From positions 11,425-75,424 of the IMG/VR virus record IMGVR_UViG_3300045131_002907: 64,000 nt of DNA. The stretch is one strand, 5' to 3'. The translations under genes and the position numbers were made by a program. The stretch is from a virus. Under the pieces are notes generated by a model, which saw only the letters and a list, made by a program, of their open reading frames with translations, had not been told where the DNA came from and did not search any database. Positions 1-10,559 of this stretch are shown in pieces (the stretch's first letter is position 1; each line of letters begins with the position of its first letter).

Positions 1-942
1 ACGGGGCGTGATGGCGAAGGCTTCCGGATCACCATCAATGGTGTCGCCGCGTATCCCGATGATGCCGTGTTCATCACGACCTCCTTGCTCCGCCTCACCA
101 TGGCAGGGGTGATCAGCGATCGTGATACCGTGAAGGCGAGTTACGATGATACCAAGGGTGACCTCACCAATGCCACGGGTACCTTCCCCGTGGTCACCTT
201 CACTGATCTCGTCGCCACGAATATCTCGAATCATGCAACTCTGCAGGCCGCTGTTATCGCCTTCAGCAAGATTGATCCCGAAGTCCTGACACTGTCGTTC
301 TCGTTACCCGTGGTCTCCACGGATTACAACGTCGGGCTCGAGTTCACCGTCAATGGATTGATTGTCGCCCCCACAGGGATCATCGAAGGCCAGGATCCCC
401 GCGACATCATTGTGACCTTTGCGAACTCCTTTGACTACGATGACACCGTATTGCTCACCTATGATGCCAGCCTGGGGGATTGGACCTCCAATGGCTACCC
501 CCTGAAATCGATTCAGGATCTCGAGGTCATCAATGCCTCCAAGATTGGGACCCCGAACTCGGATTACCCGTTGTCATCTGTGGTCCGTGAACCCCTGGAA
601 CCCAAGAAGGGTTCGGTGTGGGCCAAGGTCGGCATCGACCTCAACTTCATCGACCGCCTCCTCGTCGATCGCTATGGCCCCGCCAATGTCGACTTCGGGG
701 GCACCTTTGGGGCGACCCCAGAGAACATCCAGGGCTGCTTCCTCTACCAAGACATCCGAAGTCTGGTCACCGGGATGCTCGTGGAAAAAGAGTTCTCGGT
801 ACCCGGGCATCCCGATCAGGCCGCAGTCGCCGCCGCGGAATGGCTGGAAGTGGTCACCCAACGTGTTGGTCTCGCCCTGGGCATCCTGCGCACCCAAGAT
901 CGCCACGTCGTCCTCGGCCAACGCACGGCCCGTCAGGTCTAA
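1..942 (+). CDS. Virion structural protein with repeated beta-rich Ig-like modules (5'-truncated)
   Basis: The frame is open from position 1. Two similar segments (LRLTMAGVISDRDTVKASYD and IIVTFANSFDYDDTVLLTYD). Lies at the start of the virion module. Confidence 0.5.
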   Translation, partial: TGRDGEGFRITINGVAAYPDDAVFITTSLLRLTMAGVISDRDTVKASYDDTKGDLTNATGTFPVVTFTDLVATNISNHATLQAAVIAFSKIDPEVLTLSFSLPVVSTDYNVGLEFTVNGLIVAPTGIIEGQDPRDIIVTFANSFDYDDTVLLTYDASLGDWTSNGYPLKSIQDLEVINASKIGTPNSDYPLSSVVREPLEPKKGSVWAKVGIDLNFIDRLLVDRYGPANVDFGGTFGATPENIQGCFLYQDIRSLVTGMLVEKEFSVPGHPDQAAVAAAEWLEVVTQRVGLALGILRTQDRHVVLGQRTARQV

Positions 943-945
943 TCC

Positions 946-1833
946 ATGATCGATCCCGTCGAGATCAGGCCATCATCCAAAGCGGAGACCTGGAAGACCA
1001 TTCGGTGGTTGAACGGGAGCCGCAAGCAAGTCGTCGTCCGCATCGTTGATGAGGAAGGCAGGCCTGTCGACCTCGCCAAGGAACCCGAGAATATCCCAGC
1101 GGCGAAACCTCAGTTTGGTTATCAAACCGAGGTAGCCGCGGGAACCGTGGCGATTCGACTCCTGGTCCTCGACGAGGTCCCCGGTGAACAAAGCAACCGG
1201 CTACTCCTCGATGTCCTCGGTGAACTCATCCCGAACAGCAAGGAATGCCAGGACTGCAAGGGAGTCGTCGAGTTCAAGCTCGAAGCCGGCCAGGACTTCT
1301 GCCCCGGGATCTACAAGGCCCAGATCTCCCGGTTTGTTCATGGTGGCTACCAAGTCGATGCCTACCCCGCCTACCTCGCCATTGAGCCAAATCTGCTGAG
1401 CCCATACCAGGCCAGGGGAATGATTACCTTGGCCGAGATCCGGGCTGCCCTTGGGGACTCCACGCAAGGCGAAGTCAACCTTCTCGATTCCTTTGAGTTC
1501 GATGATACCGAGATCGCCATGGCGATTCGATGGGTTGTCGACCGCTGGAATAACACGCCACCCCCAGTGGACACCTACTCCTATTTCAACTTCCCCTTCC
1601 GGTACTGGTGGCTCAAGGGCACCTGCATCGAGCTCCTGCGCATGGCCGCGAAGCGTTACGCCCGCAACCGGCTGGCCTACCAAGCCGGGGGTATAACAAT
1701 TGATGACCAGAACAAAGCAGCGGAATACCTCCAGATCGCCAACGAAGACTTCAAAGAGTTCGATGAGTGGTTCAAGATGGAGAAGCGGCGTCAAAACATG
1801 AACCGGGCCTGGTCCACCAACTACTACCTATAA
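946..1833 (+). CDS. Putative head-tail adaptor/neck protein
   Basis: The helical C-terminal half (EIRAALGD...FDDTEIAMAI) resembles head completion proteins. Located upstream of the sheath gene. Confidence 0.45.
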   Translation: MIDPVEIRPSSKAETWKTIRWLNGSRKQVVVRIVDEEGRPVDLAKEPENIPAAKPQFGYQTEVAAGTVAIRLLVLDEVPGEQSNRLLLDVLGELIPNSKECQDCKGVVEFKLEAGQDFCPGIYKAQISRFVHGGYQVDAYPAYLAIEPNLLSPYQARGMITLAEIRAALGDSTQGEVNLLDSFEFDDTEIAMAIRWVVDRWNNTPPPVDTYSYFNFPFRYWWLKGTCIELLRMAAKRYARNRLAYQAGGITIDDQNKAAEYLQIANEDFKEFDEWFKMEKRRQNMNRAWSTNYYL

Positions 1834-1834
1834 C

Positions 1835-2776
1835 ATGGCGAACTCCACACCTGATGTCGTCAACTACCCGGGATCCGGGGTTTCCTTTGGTGCTCTACCA
1901 CCAAAGAACACGGATTCATTGTTTGACCCCATTAAACGAATGGTGGTCGAGGGGTGCTATCATCTCGCCGTGGACAAATCCATTAAGGTGTCCTGGGCGA
2001 TGAAGCCTGATTTCGTGGAGCCTGGACCCTACAGGTTCGAGCTCTACCGGGGGCGTGCCATCAACGATGACAACTGGGAGAAGATCTCGGAGATCGTGGA
2101 TCGCCCCTGGTTGTATGACAACCGTCCTGTGCTGCGGCCCCATGAACGCAGCATGTACTACCGTCTCAAGATCACTGATGGCAACGGGGTCATCTACTGG
2201 GGGCACCCCGTAAGTTTTGATGTCATCTGGAATCACAATGACTGGCGTCTGGTCCGCGAAATCGTCCGCAAGGAACTCTTGATCCAAGGGGTCCGCAATG
2301 GACAGGCCAGAGCGCGTGGTGCGGGTACCAAGGGCTGGCTGATCAAGGCCCGCCAATTCGGGGACCCCTGCCCACGCTGCCTCGACAAGAACTCGGCGAC
2401 GGCCACGGATTCCAATTGCCCGATCTGCTTGGGCACCGGGGTCACCAAGGGGTTCTATGACCCCCTGGAGTATTGGGTGATCCAGCAGCCCGGACTCCGT
2501 GCAGTCAAGATCGCGGAGACCGGGGAGACCCGCACCGTGGTCATCGAATCCGTGAGATGCCTGGCCCACCCGGCTCCAGAATCCGCGGATATCTGGGCGA
2601 GCACAGTCGGGGATACCCGGTACATGATTCAAGGCGACATCGAGAAGCTGGCCAGACATCGCGGCGTCGATGTCATCCTGGGGCTCCGATTACTCGAACT
2701 CCCGACAACCCATGTTGCCTACAAGATTCCGTTGCCAAACCAGAGCACGTATGCCTCCCAAGCCAATAATTCGTAA
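1835..2776 (+). CDS. Putative head closure/neck protein with CxxC...CxxCxGxG motif
   Basis: CPRC...CPICLGTG motif and position in the neck region. Confidence 0.45.
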   Translation: MANSTPDVVNYPGSGVSFGALPPKNTDSLFDPIKRMVVEGCYHLAVDKSIKVSWAMKPDFVEPGPYRFELYRGRAINDDNWEKISEIVDRPWLYDNRPVLRPHERSMYYRLKITDGNGVIYWGHPVSFDVIWNHNDWRLVREIVRKELLIQGVRNGQARARGAGTKGWLIKARQFGDPCPRCLDKNSATATDSNCPICLGTGVTKGFYDPLEYWVIQQPGLRAVKIAETGETRTVVIESVRCLAHPAPESADIWASTVGDTRYMIQGDIEKLARHRGVDVILGLRLLELPTTHVAYKIPLPNQSTYASQANNS

Positions 2777-2932
2777 GCCACGTGGGCTCGCCGCGATCCC
2801 GGCACCCCAGACCCTGGATCTCAATAGTCTCCAGCCTGGAGACTCCAGGGGTGTTGCGGAATCCCGAGGGGTCGAGAAGATCTGCACGTCCACGATGTCA
2901 CGCCTCCCGATTCGATCGGTGCTCAAACTCAC

Positions 2933-3712
2933 ATGACTGCCAGCAACGCACAAACCGGCAATGAGAGCTGCTTACCCCCGATGACGGGGTTTGGTGAGCA
3001 AATCGATACGCCTTCCAGTGCGATCGAAGCGGGTACCGTACCCGATAATCCCGGTGGTGGCTGGGTGTGGCGGCATAATCTTGAGAGAACCCGGAACCTG
3101 TGCTCAGTGGGCTTGACCCCGAGAACAATCACTGGCTTGATCATGCGTTTCCTCAAAGACCACTTCTCTGACGCCAGTTTGATCCTGACTCCAAATCTCC
3201 GGCAATTCGTGTATTCCGAGAAGGTTGCTGAATCCAAGATTCGTATTGTGAAATCAGTGATATTTGATCCCTCGGGATCCGGGCAGTACCCCGCCTTGGT
3301 CGTCAAGCGTCTCAACCTGGAATCCATGCGACACAGCATGGATGATCGCGCACAGAGCCATAGCCTGGATCATTCCACGGAACAAATGCAGGGGATCACG
3401 CAGCACAGCAGGTTCATCACAGGTGCCCACCGCATCTTCTGCATCGCTGATGTCGGTGGCGAAGCCGAGGATCTCGCACAAGAAGTCTTCGATTTCCTTT
3501 CGTTTATGTCCCCTGCGATCCGGGATCGCCTGCCATTTCATGACTTCGCGGTCATCGGGATGGGTGAAGAAGGTGCCTTAAATGACACCGCTGCACAGGT
3601 CGGCATCGCAGTTGACCTCAAATACACCTATGAATATGCCTGGGCACTCCAGGCTCTAGCGCCCCGTCTCAAAGCCTTTACCATCGGTGCATCACCACAA
3701 GGAGTCCAGTAA
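2933..3712 (+). CDS. Putative tail terminator/completion protein
   Basis: Directly upstream of the sheath gene (TAATG overlap), with a YPALVV motif and a suitable size. Confidence 0.45.
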   Translation: MTASNAQTGNESCLPPMTGFGEQIDTPSSAIEAGTVPDNPGGGWVWRHNLERTRNLCSVGLTPRTITGLIMRFLKDHFSDASLILTPNLRQFVYSEKVAESKIRIVKSVIFDPSGSGQYPALVVKRLNLESMRHSMDDRAQSHSLDHSTEQMQGITQHSRFITGAHRIFCIADVGGEAEDLAQEVFDFLSFMSPAIRDRLPFHDFAVIGMGEEGALNDTAAQVGIAVDLKYTYEYAWALQALAPRLKAFTIGASPQGVQ

Positions 3713-6408
3713 TGGTCGAACAAATCATGCCTCAGTGGAAGATCAACCAGCTCTTCACGGCATCTGCGGCTGCGACAACTCGCCAACTCCGCCTCTTAGC
3801 ACTGGGTCCCGCGTACCGCGTGCAATTCGCGGTCGCCTTGGGCGCCTACGCTGGAAGCCTGAAATCGTTTGCGTGGCCTCATAAACAGGCCGGTGATATC
3901 GTCGACCAAGCCTACACCAGTGTTGAACTCCGAAATGCGGCTCAGCGTTATAGCTTGATCCCGACCTCGGAAGGTATTCGTACCATTGCTGGTGAAGCCA
4001 ACCGGTTGAAAGCCAATGCGGGCACCTTCAACTGGGTCAACAATGGGTTGTTCACCCGCGATGCCGCGATCCCCTTTGACCCCGTCATTGGTGACTGGGT
4101 TCGCGTCAACAATGGTACCGCTGATTACATCACCTCGATCGTGGGATTCGATGGTGCCGCGGATCCCAACACCCCGATCCCCGGTGTCGGTGGACCCGGT
4201 ATTGTCGCCGTAGGGGGCTCCAATGTGGCCACCCAAGGCGCCACTTCGACACTGACACCACATGCGGATAACACTTCACTGGTAGTCTCCACCCCGTCCG
4301 CATTGAACTACGCCGGACAGGGTGCACGCGCGATGCACGAGACCTACCTCATCGAAGTCATCCAGGGCTCCGAAAGCAACATTCTCGCCAATGTTCGCCT
4401 ACGGGTGACCTCATTGAGTGGCACTGATCCCGAACAGACCATCGCTGGTATTATCTATGAGGTACCGACTCCCATTGGTTCCCGTGGTGCCTCCATTACA
4501 TTTCGCGCGGACGGCGCCACGCCCGGTGAATTCATTGACGACTTTCAAACAGGCGATTCCTGGAGCTGGGCGATCACTCAGGCCTACACCTCCCCCACTA
4601 TCACCCCCGCGGGTTCCTATCCTGAATCAGGGGCCTCGGATACCACCTACGTCGTCACGGTAACCCGTGGTGGCAAATGGACTGACCCCGCGGCGGCCAA
4701 TCGCCCCGAGATCACGGTGACCACCACTGATGCCACTGATGCCGGGGTTCCCGTTGTCGTCGGTGCCACCGCGGTTCCCATTGGTACCAAAGGCATCAGC
4801 TTCACATTCAGCGCTGGCAACGCCATCTTGGTCGCCGGGGATCAATGGACCCTGGATGCCACCGCAGGCGCCATCGGTGATGTCAACGAACTCATCCTGA
4901 GAGACACGCTGCCGCCCTCCTTCCAAGATGTCAATCTCCGTGTCGAACTCGCCATCATCGGTGATCTCGAGATCCCCGCGAATCGTTTGTCGAGTCCCCC
5001 GAACAAGAACTGGGTGACCTCGACGACTGCGCTGACCCTCCAACCCGGTATCACGACCACGCATTTACGTGGTGGCGCCCTGGCCCTGGATGTCGTCTAT
5101 GGTGACGCCGTCATCAACACCCGCGCCTTGAACACTGCTATCGCAAACAAGACGTATGATGTCGCCGACGAAACCACTGCGAATAGTCTGCTCGGCCCCG
5201 ATGTCCTCGACAGTGTTCTCGGTTACGGGGTTCGCCGTAGTCTCGCCATGGCCTCCGGCATGGTTGTCAAAGTTCTTCCCATCGCAAGTGATGACCTCGC
5301 CGGGTATCAGGCCGCCTTGGCCACCCTCAAGGATCGTGACGACTTCTATCGTATTGTTCCCCAGACCCATGACGAAAGTGTTCATGACGCCGTGGTCGCC
5401 GAGATCAACCGTCGCAGTACGGCCACCGCGGGGCGCTGGGCCACTGCGATGTTTGGTAAAGCCTTGGTGACCGAGAAGGTCATCGTTGGGGGTCCCGATC
5501 AAACCCAAAGTTTCGCCACGATCACGGATCCCTTGGGTGGCACCCAGTACAACCGTCTGCACTGCGAAGACGGCCAATTCATCACCAGGGGGGTTGCCCC
5601 CGGTGATCTCGTCCGCGCCAAGTACACCAGTGATGGCTTCGGTGGCACCACTTATTCCACGTTCACCGTGGACTCCGTGGTCTCCGAACAAGACATCGGC
5701 CTCGTGGAATCCGCGACGACTCCATCCGGTGTCCCCTCGCTCTACGAGATCTGGCATCCCCTGAGCATCGACGAACAAGCCGACGATTACGGTCGTCGTG
5801 CGGCTCGTCACGCCAACCGCCGTGTCACCGTTGTGTTCCCTCCGAACCCCGGTCGTGGTGGTGTCAAGGTCCCCAACTACTTCCTCGCCGATACCCTGGC
5901 GGCCTACCGTGGTGCCTCGCTGCCCCATCAAGGCCTCACCAATGCCGAAGTCGCGGATTGGGATGACTTCAGTGAATCCACGGTCACCTTCGCAAACCAG
6001 CTCGATCGGATTGCCAATTACGGGGTCTACATTGTTACCCAGAGCCCCAGTGGTGTCCCCTTCATCCGCAAGCAGCTCACCACTGATCTCTCGGACACCA
6101 AGAAGGCTGAAGACTCCGCAACCGTCAACGTGGACTCGATCTCGTACTACTTCCTGAGTCTGCTTGGCAGATTCATTGGGCGTGCCAACGTGGTCCCCAG
6201 CGCACTGAAGCTCATCGAGACCTCGATCAATCGTGGTATCGAACATCTCGTGACAGACACCGCCACGGATGAGATCGGTGGCCAGCTCACCGATGCGAGT
6301 ATCGTGTATATCCGCCCACACGCCGTACTCCTCGATCGAGTCGTTGTACGTGTCAACGGCACTATTCCGATCCCGTTGAACAATGGTGATATGGATTTAG
6401 TGGTCTGA
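3712..6408 (+). CDS. Contractile tail sheath protein (long, with inserted beta domains)
   Basis: 898 aa. Sheath-like C-terminus (HQGLTN...IRKQLTT...NVDSISY...PLNN). Followed by a tube-sized gene. Confidence 0.8.
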   Translation: MVEQIMPQWKINQLFTASAAATTRQLRLLALGPAYRVQFAVALGAYAGSLKSFAWPHKQAGDIVDQAYTSVELRNAAQRYSLIPTSEGIRTIAGEANRLKANAGTFNWVNNGLFTRDAAIPFDPVIGDWVRVNNGTADYITSIVGFDGAADPNTPIPGVGGPGIVAVGGSNVATQGATSTLTPHADNTSLVVSTPSALNYAGQGARAMHETYLIEVIQGSESNILANVRLRVTSLSGTDPEQTIAGIIYEVPTPIGSRGASITFRADGATPGEFIDDFQTGDSWSWAITQAYTSPTITPAGSYPESGASDTTYVVTVTRGGKWTDPAAANRPEITVTTTDATDAGVPVVVGATAVPIGTKGISFTFSAGNAILVAGDQWTLDATAGAIGDVNELILRDTLPPSFQDVNLRVELAIIGDLEIPANRLSSPPNKNWVTSTTALTLQPGITTTHLRGGALALDVVYGDAVINTRALNTAIANKTYDVADETTANSLLGPDVLDSVLGYGVRRSLAMASGMVVKVLPIASDDLAGYQAALATLKDRDDFYRIVPQTHDESVHDAVVAEINRRSTATAGRWATAMFGKALVTEKVIVGGPDQTQSFATITDPLGGTQYNRLHCEDGQFITRGVAPGDLVRAKYTSDGFGGTTYSTFTVDSVVSEQDIGLVESATTPSGVPSLYEIWHPLSIDEQADDYGRRAARHANRRVTVVFPPNPGRGGVKVPNYFLADTLAAYRGASLPHQGLTNAEVADWDDFSESTVTFANQLDRIANYGVYIVTQSPSGVPFIRKQLTTDLSDTKKAEDSATVNVDSISYYFLSLLGRFIGRANVVPSALKLIETSINRGIEHLVTDTATDEIGGQLTDASIVYIRPHAVLLDRVVVRVNGTIPIPLNNGDMDLVV

Positions 6409-6449
6409 AGCTCAGTTCCGCACATCTTAACCCCCTAAAGGAATGAATC

Positions 6450-6977
6450 ATGGCAGAACAACAAAGTCAAGGTGACGTTTTTGGAACCGACAGTAAGCTG
6501 GGAGGGGTATTCAAGGGGAATAAGTTCTCCATGCAAATCTCTGGCAAGGGAGGGAGTGGTCAGGAGCTCGATTTCGAGGGCGCTCTGGTCCAGAATCTAC
6601 AACTCAATTACCAACGCCAGATCACCAGATTCTGGGCGCTGGGTACACAGAAACAGTATTACATTGAAGGGCGTACCGAGGGGCAGGGCACCCTGGCGCG
6701 AATCGTGGGTCCACAAGGTCTCATCGATGAACTCGTCGAAGTCCTCTCCAACCTCTGTACCCTGAATGACCGTAATCTCACCTTGACGGCTAACTCCAAT
6801 GTACCAGGTGAATGCGTGGGCTGGAAGGGTGCGAATGGCGATTACCCACGAGTCTTGTCAATCTCCCTGTGGGGGGCCATCTCAACCGGTATCAGTTTCG
6901 GTGCAGACGCCCAGCAGTTCGTTATCAATTCATCGTTGGCTCTCATGTTCACTTCTCTGCGTCGTAATAAGTCCTAG
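6450..6977 (+). CDS. Tail tube protein
   Basis: 175 aa after the sheath gene, SD AAGGA, LVQNLQLNYQRQITRFWALG, followed by a terminator. Confidence 0.7.
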   Translation: MAEQQSQGDVFGTDSKLGGVFKGNKFSMQISGKGGSGQELDFEGALVQNLQLNYQRQITRFWALGTQKQYYIEGRTEGQGTLARIVGPQGLIDELVEVLSNLCTLNDRNLTLTANSNVPGECVGWKGANGDYPRVLSISLWGAISTGISFGADAQQFVINSSLALMFTSLRRNKS

Positions 6978-7002
6978 GGCATCGTGGGAATTGGATTGTT
7001 GT

Positions 7003-7036
7003 GACCCCGGTCTCGTCGAGGCCGGGGTCTTTGTTT
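7003..7036 (+). terminator. Rho-independent terminator after the tail tube gene
   Basis: Stem-loop GACCCCGGTCTC-gtc-GAGGCCGGGGTC followed by TTTGTTT. Confidence 0.8.
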
Positions 7037-7063
7037 GAGCACCACCCCAGATAGGATCCCGCC

Positions 7064-9370
7064 ATGCCATTCGACGTCTACCCCGGTCGTGTCATCGAAG
7101 CCTACGCGGGCACCAACTATTATCGCCTCGCCGGACCCTACTGTACGGTTATGGCCACTTGGTTCGGAGATGGTTCGGGGACCACAGGGGTCCGGGGATC
7201 CGGTGGTCTCGCCGTGGGCACCCTGGTCCTCTTCGCCTTGGCAGTTGGCGACAACCCCTCGCGCATCATATGTGTGGATCAAATCCATACGGACCCCAGC
7301 GTTGATCTCTACCTCCCGAGATCCATCTTACAGACCCCGGTCTCCGGGTACTGGGAGGGCAGTTTATCCAAGCAACTCCTCCAGGGTAAGATTCTACGTG
7401 GGCTCCGGGAATCTCGAAACGATGGCATCATTGACCTCGTCCCCGGGGAATGGGCGAAGTCGTCATACTTTGGTGCTGGCATCGGTGTCGAACACTTCCG
7501 GGCCTGGGTGGGCGCCGGCCCCATGGCCGAGCTGTCATTCTTCACGGATACCCAGCTTGGAAGACTCCGGGCGATGCAGTGGGAACACGACACCCTGATG
7601 TCGCAAAGCGCAGATACTTACACAGGCGCCTTCGCTGAGAAAACCTCGAAGCGGTTCTGGACCCCCGCTGAAGCCGTGGATCCCGATGCGCTACCTAGAC
7701 TCATTGAACAAGCCGGACCAGGCCACCTGGGGTCACACCTCTACGGTGCCGGCCCGGGTCAACGCGAGACCCCACGGCGTGCGCTGTGGTCCGACCACGT
7801 CGACGAAAACGGGGTCAGGGTTATCTCGGCGGCCGGTGGGGTCATCCTGGAACGCCGCATCGATCTCGATGTCCCCGAGGAGATCACACCAAGTGATCTC
7901 ACTGAATTAGGCAATGAACTCGTGGAATCCCTGAAGACCCCCAGGGAGCCCCTGAGCTTCGCGGGGGTCATCAATGCGGTGACCTCGGCACAGAGCGTCT
8001 TCGACATCATTGATAGTGTGACCTCTTACCGAGCCCGGAATGCAGTTGATACCGTGAAACAGAGGTGGACCCAGGACAGGTTACCCCCGGAATCCCAGCT
8101 CGTGGGCCCCACTGGCAAGATGTGGGGGGACCTCCCCTCAACGGTCGAGATCCCTGTGGGCCCCGAGAAGACCAAGAAGTTCTACGTGGGCAGATCAGTG
8201 GTTGCCTTGCTCCCCGATGGCAACGTGATCATCGAAAACGCCCATGGGGCCCAGATCCTCGCCGCAGGTCCCAACATCGTGCTCAGTGCTCCCGGTGACA
8301 TCATCGAGCTCTGCGGGGGCTCCAAGCTCACCTATGCCGCGAAGAACGTGGTCATCCAGGGCTACGAGCACGTCCAGGTCGTCGCGAACACGGGACGCAT
8401 GGATCTCAAGGCAGAACGCCAACTCAGCATCCTGGGTGGCAACGATGGTGGCGCCGAAGGTGTCCTCATCGAATCCAAGAGTACGTCGCCGACGTGTCGT
8501 GCCGGTGACGGCCTCGAGGGTTCCGTGGGCGGCGTCGTCATCCTCAGTGAGTCCGGGATCTATGCTGCGGCGAAAGCCGATGTTGGCGTATTCTCCGAGA
8601 ACCGGGTCGACATCCGGGCACTCGATACCTGCATCCTCGATGCCCCCGCTCTCGCCTTCAAGGTTACCAGCCAGTTCCAAGTCTTCGCGGATTCCGATCG
8701 CCCACTTATTGAGCTGGGGGTGGATTCGACGAAGAGCGTACTCAACGTGGCCGGCGACATCATTGCCCAAGGCGACTTCGTTGGCTTCAAGAGCATGCTG
8801 ATCAATTCCAATGCTGTTATAGGTGGTCAACTCGCCACGGGGAAAACCGTGGTCGCCAATGGTGTCAGCGATGTCTCCAAGGATCCCACGGCGGCACGAT
8901 CCCTGGGCACCCAGATCACCGCGAATACCACGGCGATCAAAGCCGCGGTGGCCGCCTTCGAGACCTCAGCGAAGCCATCCCGCAAGGTGGTCGCCGAGTT
9001 CATCAACCGTGATGTCCCCATGACAACCCTGAAGCTCGATGCCTACGGGTTCTCGTTTATCCGCAGCGCTGAATATGGGCTCCCCGGTGATTTCAATTTC
9101 GCGCTACCCGAGATGCGGTGGCAGCAACGCAGTCTTACCAGGGCGCCCTGGGAGGAACGCAAGGTGGATTCCAAAGGCGGGACCCCAACGATGGCATACC
9201 CGGGTTACGAGATCTGGTCGAACCCAGGTCAATACCTGGTGTCCCCCGAGGCCCTCTACTTTGACATCAAGACAGCAACCTCTACTCTGAGTAAACCCGG
9301 GGAGGACCCCGGTGCAGTGGTCCCCGCTGCGGAAGTCGCCAATCTCAACAAACTCGTTAGGAGCCCCTGA
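7064..9370 (+). CDS. Baseplate hub/spike (gp5/VgrG-like) protein
   Basis: OB-fold-like N-terminus and repetitive beta-helix-like middle (GNVIIENAHGAQI...GDIIE) in tail context. Confidence 0.5.
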   Translation: MPFDVYPGRVIEAYAGTNYYRLAGPYCTVMATWFGDGSGTTGVRGSGGLAVGTLVLFALAVGDNPSRIICVDQIHTDPSVDLYLPRSILQTPVSGYWEGSLSKQLLQGKILRGLRESRNDGIIDLVPGEWAKSSYFGAGIGVEHFRAWVGAGPMAELSFFTDTQLGRLRAMQWEHDTLMSQSADTYTGAFAEKTSKRFWTPAEAVDPDALPRLIEQAGPGHLGSHLYGAGPGQRETPRRALWSDHVDENGVRVISAAGGVILERRIDLDVPEEITPSDLTELGNELVESLKTPREPLSFAGVINAVTSAQSVFDIIDSVTSYRARNAVDTVKQRWTQDRLPPESQLVGPTGKMWGDLPSTVEIPVGPEKTKKFYVGRSVVALLPDGNVIIENAHGAQILAAGPNIVLSAPGDIIELCGGSKLTYAAKNVVIQGYEHVQVVANTGRMDLKAERQLSILGGNDGGAEGVLIESKSTSPTCRAGDGLEGSVGGVVILSESGIYAAAKADVGVFSENRVDIRALDTCILDAPALAFKVTSQFQVFADSDRPLIELGVDSTKSVLNVAGDIIAQGDFVGFKSMLINSNAVIGGQLATGKTVVANGVSDVSKDPTAARSLGTQITANTTAIKAAVAAFETSAKPSRKVVAEFINRDVPMTTLKLDAYGFSFIRSAEYGLPGDFNFALPEMRWQQRSLTRAPWEERKVDSKGGTPTMAYPGYEIWSNPGQYLVSPEALYFDIKTATSTLSKPGEDPGAVVPAAEVANLNKLVRSP

Positions 9371-10188
9371 TGTCCCCCCAAATCCCATTGAATCAGCTGA
9401 CCCCTGAAGAGATCGAAAGTCTCGAGGCCGCCGGCAAACTGACCCCCACGGGAGCCCAGGTTCCTCAGGCGTCGCCACAACCCGTAGCGGTGCCCACAGG
9501 GGGAACCAAGAAGGCGGTACCCGCACCAGAGCCCACCCTGGATGTCGTCAAGCGTGCCGAGGCCAGAATCAAAGCACAGACGGCCCTCGAGGGTTCCAGC
9601 TATGAGGTCAAGGATGCCGATGGCAAAACGGTTCTGAAACAAGGTGAAGTCCAAGAAGTGAAGCCAGTGGAACCCGTTGAAGCCGAGGTCGACAAGGTCG
9701 ACAAGGCGGCGTTCCTCGCCCATGTCCTCGGTGCCCCTCGATTCCAGAAAGCATACACTTTCTTCGGAGACACCCTAACCGTTGTTTTCCAAACCCGAAC
9801 TGCTGCCGAAGACGAGGCGTGTTCCCGCCAGGCATTCTATGATGAGGAAATCGATGGTTCATTTGGGACCACGGGATCCGAGCTCAGGAATCACCTGAGA
9901 GTCCAGCGCTACTACGACTACCAGTTCGCGATCTCCTTGCACAGCATCCATCTCAAGGGGTCGACGCCTCGTGTCTTTGATGTCATGAAGACGCGGCCAC
10001 CCGAAGACGTCAAGGGGATCCCGGGCCATACTCCTTTGCGGTATGCCCGACTCGCCTTACTGGATGAGCTCTCGAATCCATTGAAGGCCACGCTGCGGGC
10101 TTCGCACTCCGGTTTTGAGTCCTTGGTCTACAGGCTCATCGCACAGGCCGAATCCCCGGATTTTTGGAAAGCCGATTCCGCTACCTAA
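9370..10188 (+). CDS. Putative tail assembly chaperone (gpG-like)
   Basis: Upstream of the tape measure gene, with slippery site G GAT TTT near the 3' end. Confidence 0.5.
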   Translation: MSPQIPLNQLTPEEIESLEAAGKLTPTGAQVPQASPQPVAVPTGGTKKAVPAPEPTLDVVKRAEARIKAQTALEGSSYEVKDADGKTVLKQGEVQEVKPVEPVEAEVDKVDKAAFLAHVLGAPRFQKAYTFFGDTLTVVFQTRTAAEDEACSRQAFYDEEIDGSFGTTGSELRNHLRVQRYYDYQFAISLHSIHLKGSTPRVFDVMKTRPPEDVKGIPGHTPLRYARLALLDELSNPLKATLRASHSGFESLVYRLIAQAESPDFWKADSAT

Positions 10189-10559
10189 TGGTTCACGCCT
10201 GCGGGGCCGGCTTCGTAGATTTCAAGTCATGGCGGGGTACACACAAGGAATGGCTGGGCCTGCGATTCAGGCTCCAGGCATTTGAGCGCACGCTCACCAA
10301 CAAGATAAGTGAGATCGACACCCTGCGGCAAATCGCGGTGATGTCGATACATACGGATACGAGTCCCGATACCCTCCAGGAATACGCGATAAAAGGGGTC
10401 GAGGGGTTCAGGGGAACCCTGATGCCTTGGTATCGTCTGGGATCTCAACAGAATGCGCATGAACCAATCGACGACATCGTGGATTGGTACCTCACGTTCC
10501 GACCCGACCTCATTGAGAAAGCCCTGAAAGATGGAAACCACCGGTCCACTCAGTCCTGA
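10188..10559 (+). CDS. Putative tail assembly chaperone C-terminal part (gpT-like; -1 frameshift product or TAATG-coupled ORF)
   Basis: In the -1 frame relative to the upstream ORF and open from the slippery site. Confidence 0.45.
   Translation: MVHACGAGFVDFKSWRGTHKEWLGLRFRLQAFERTLTNKISEIDTLRQIAVMSIHTDTSPDTLQEYAIKGVEGFRGTLMPWYRLGSQQNAHEPIDDIVDWYLTFRPDLIEKALKDGNHRSTQS

Noticed and set aside
5065-6321. 418-aa minus-strand ORF
   Set aside because: Antisense shadow of the tail sheath gene, common in high-GC DNA.
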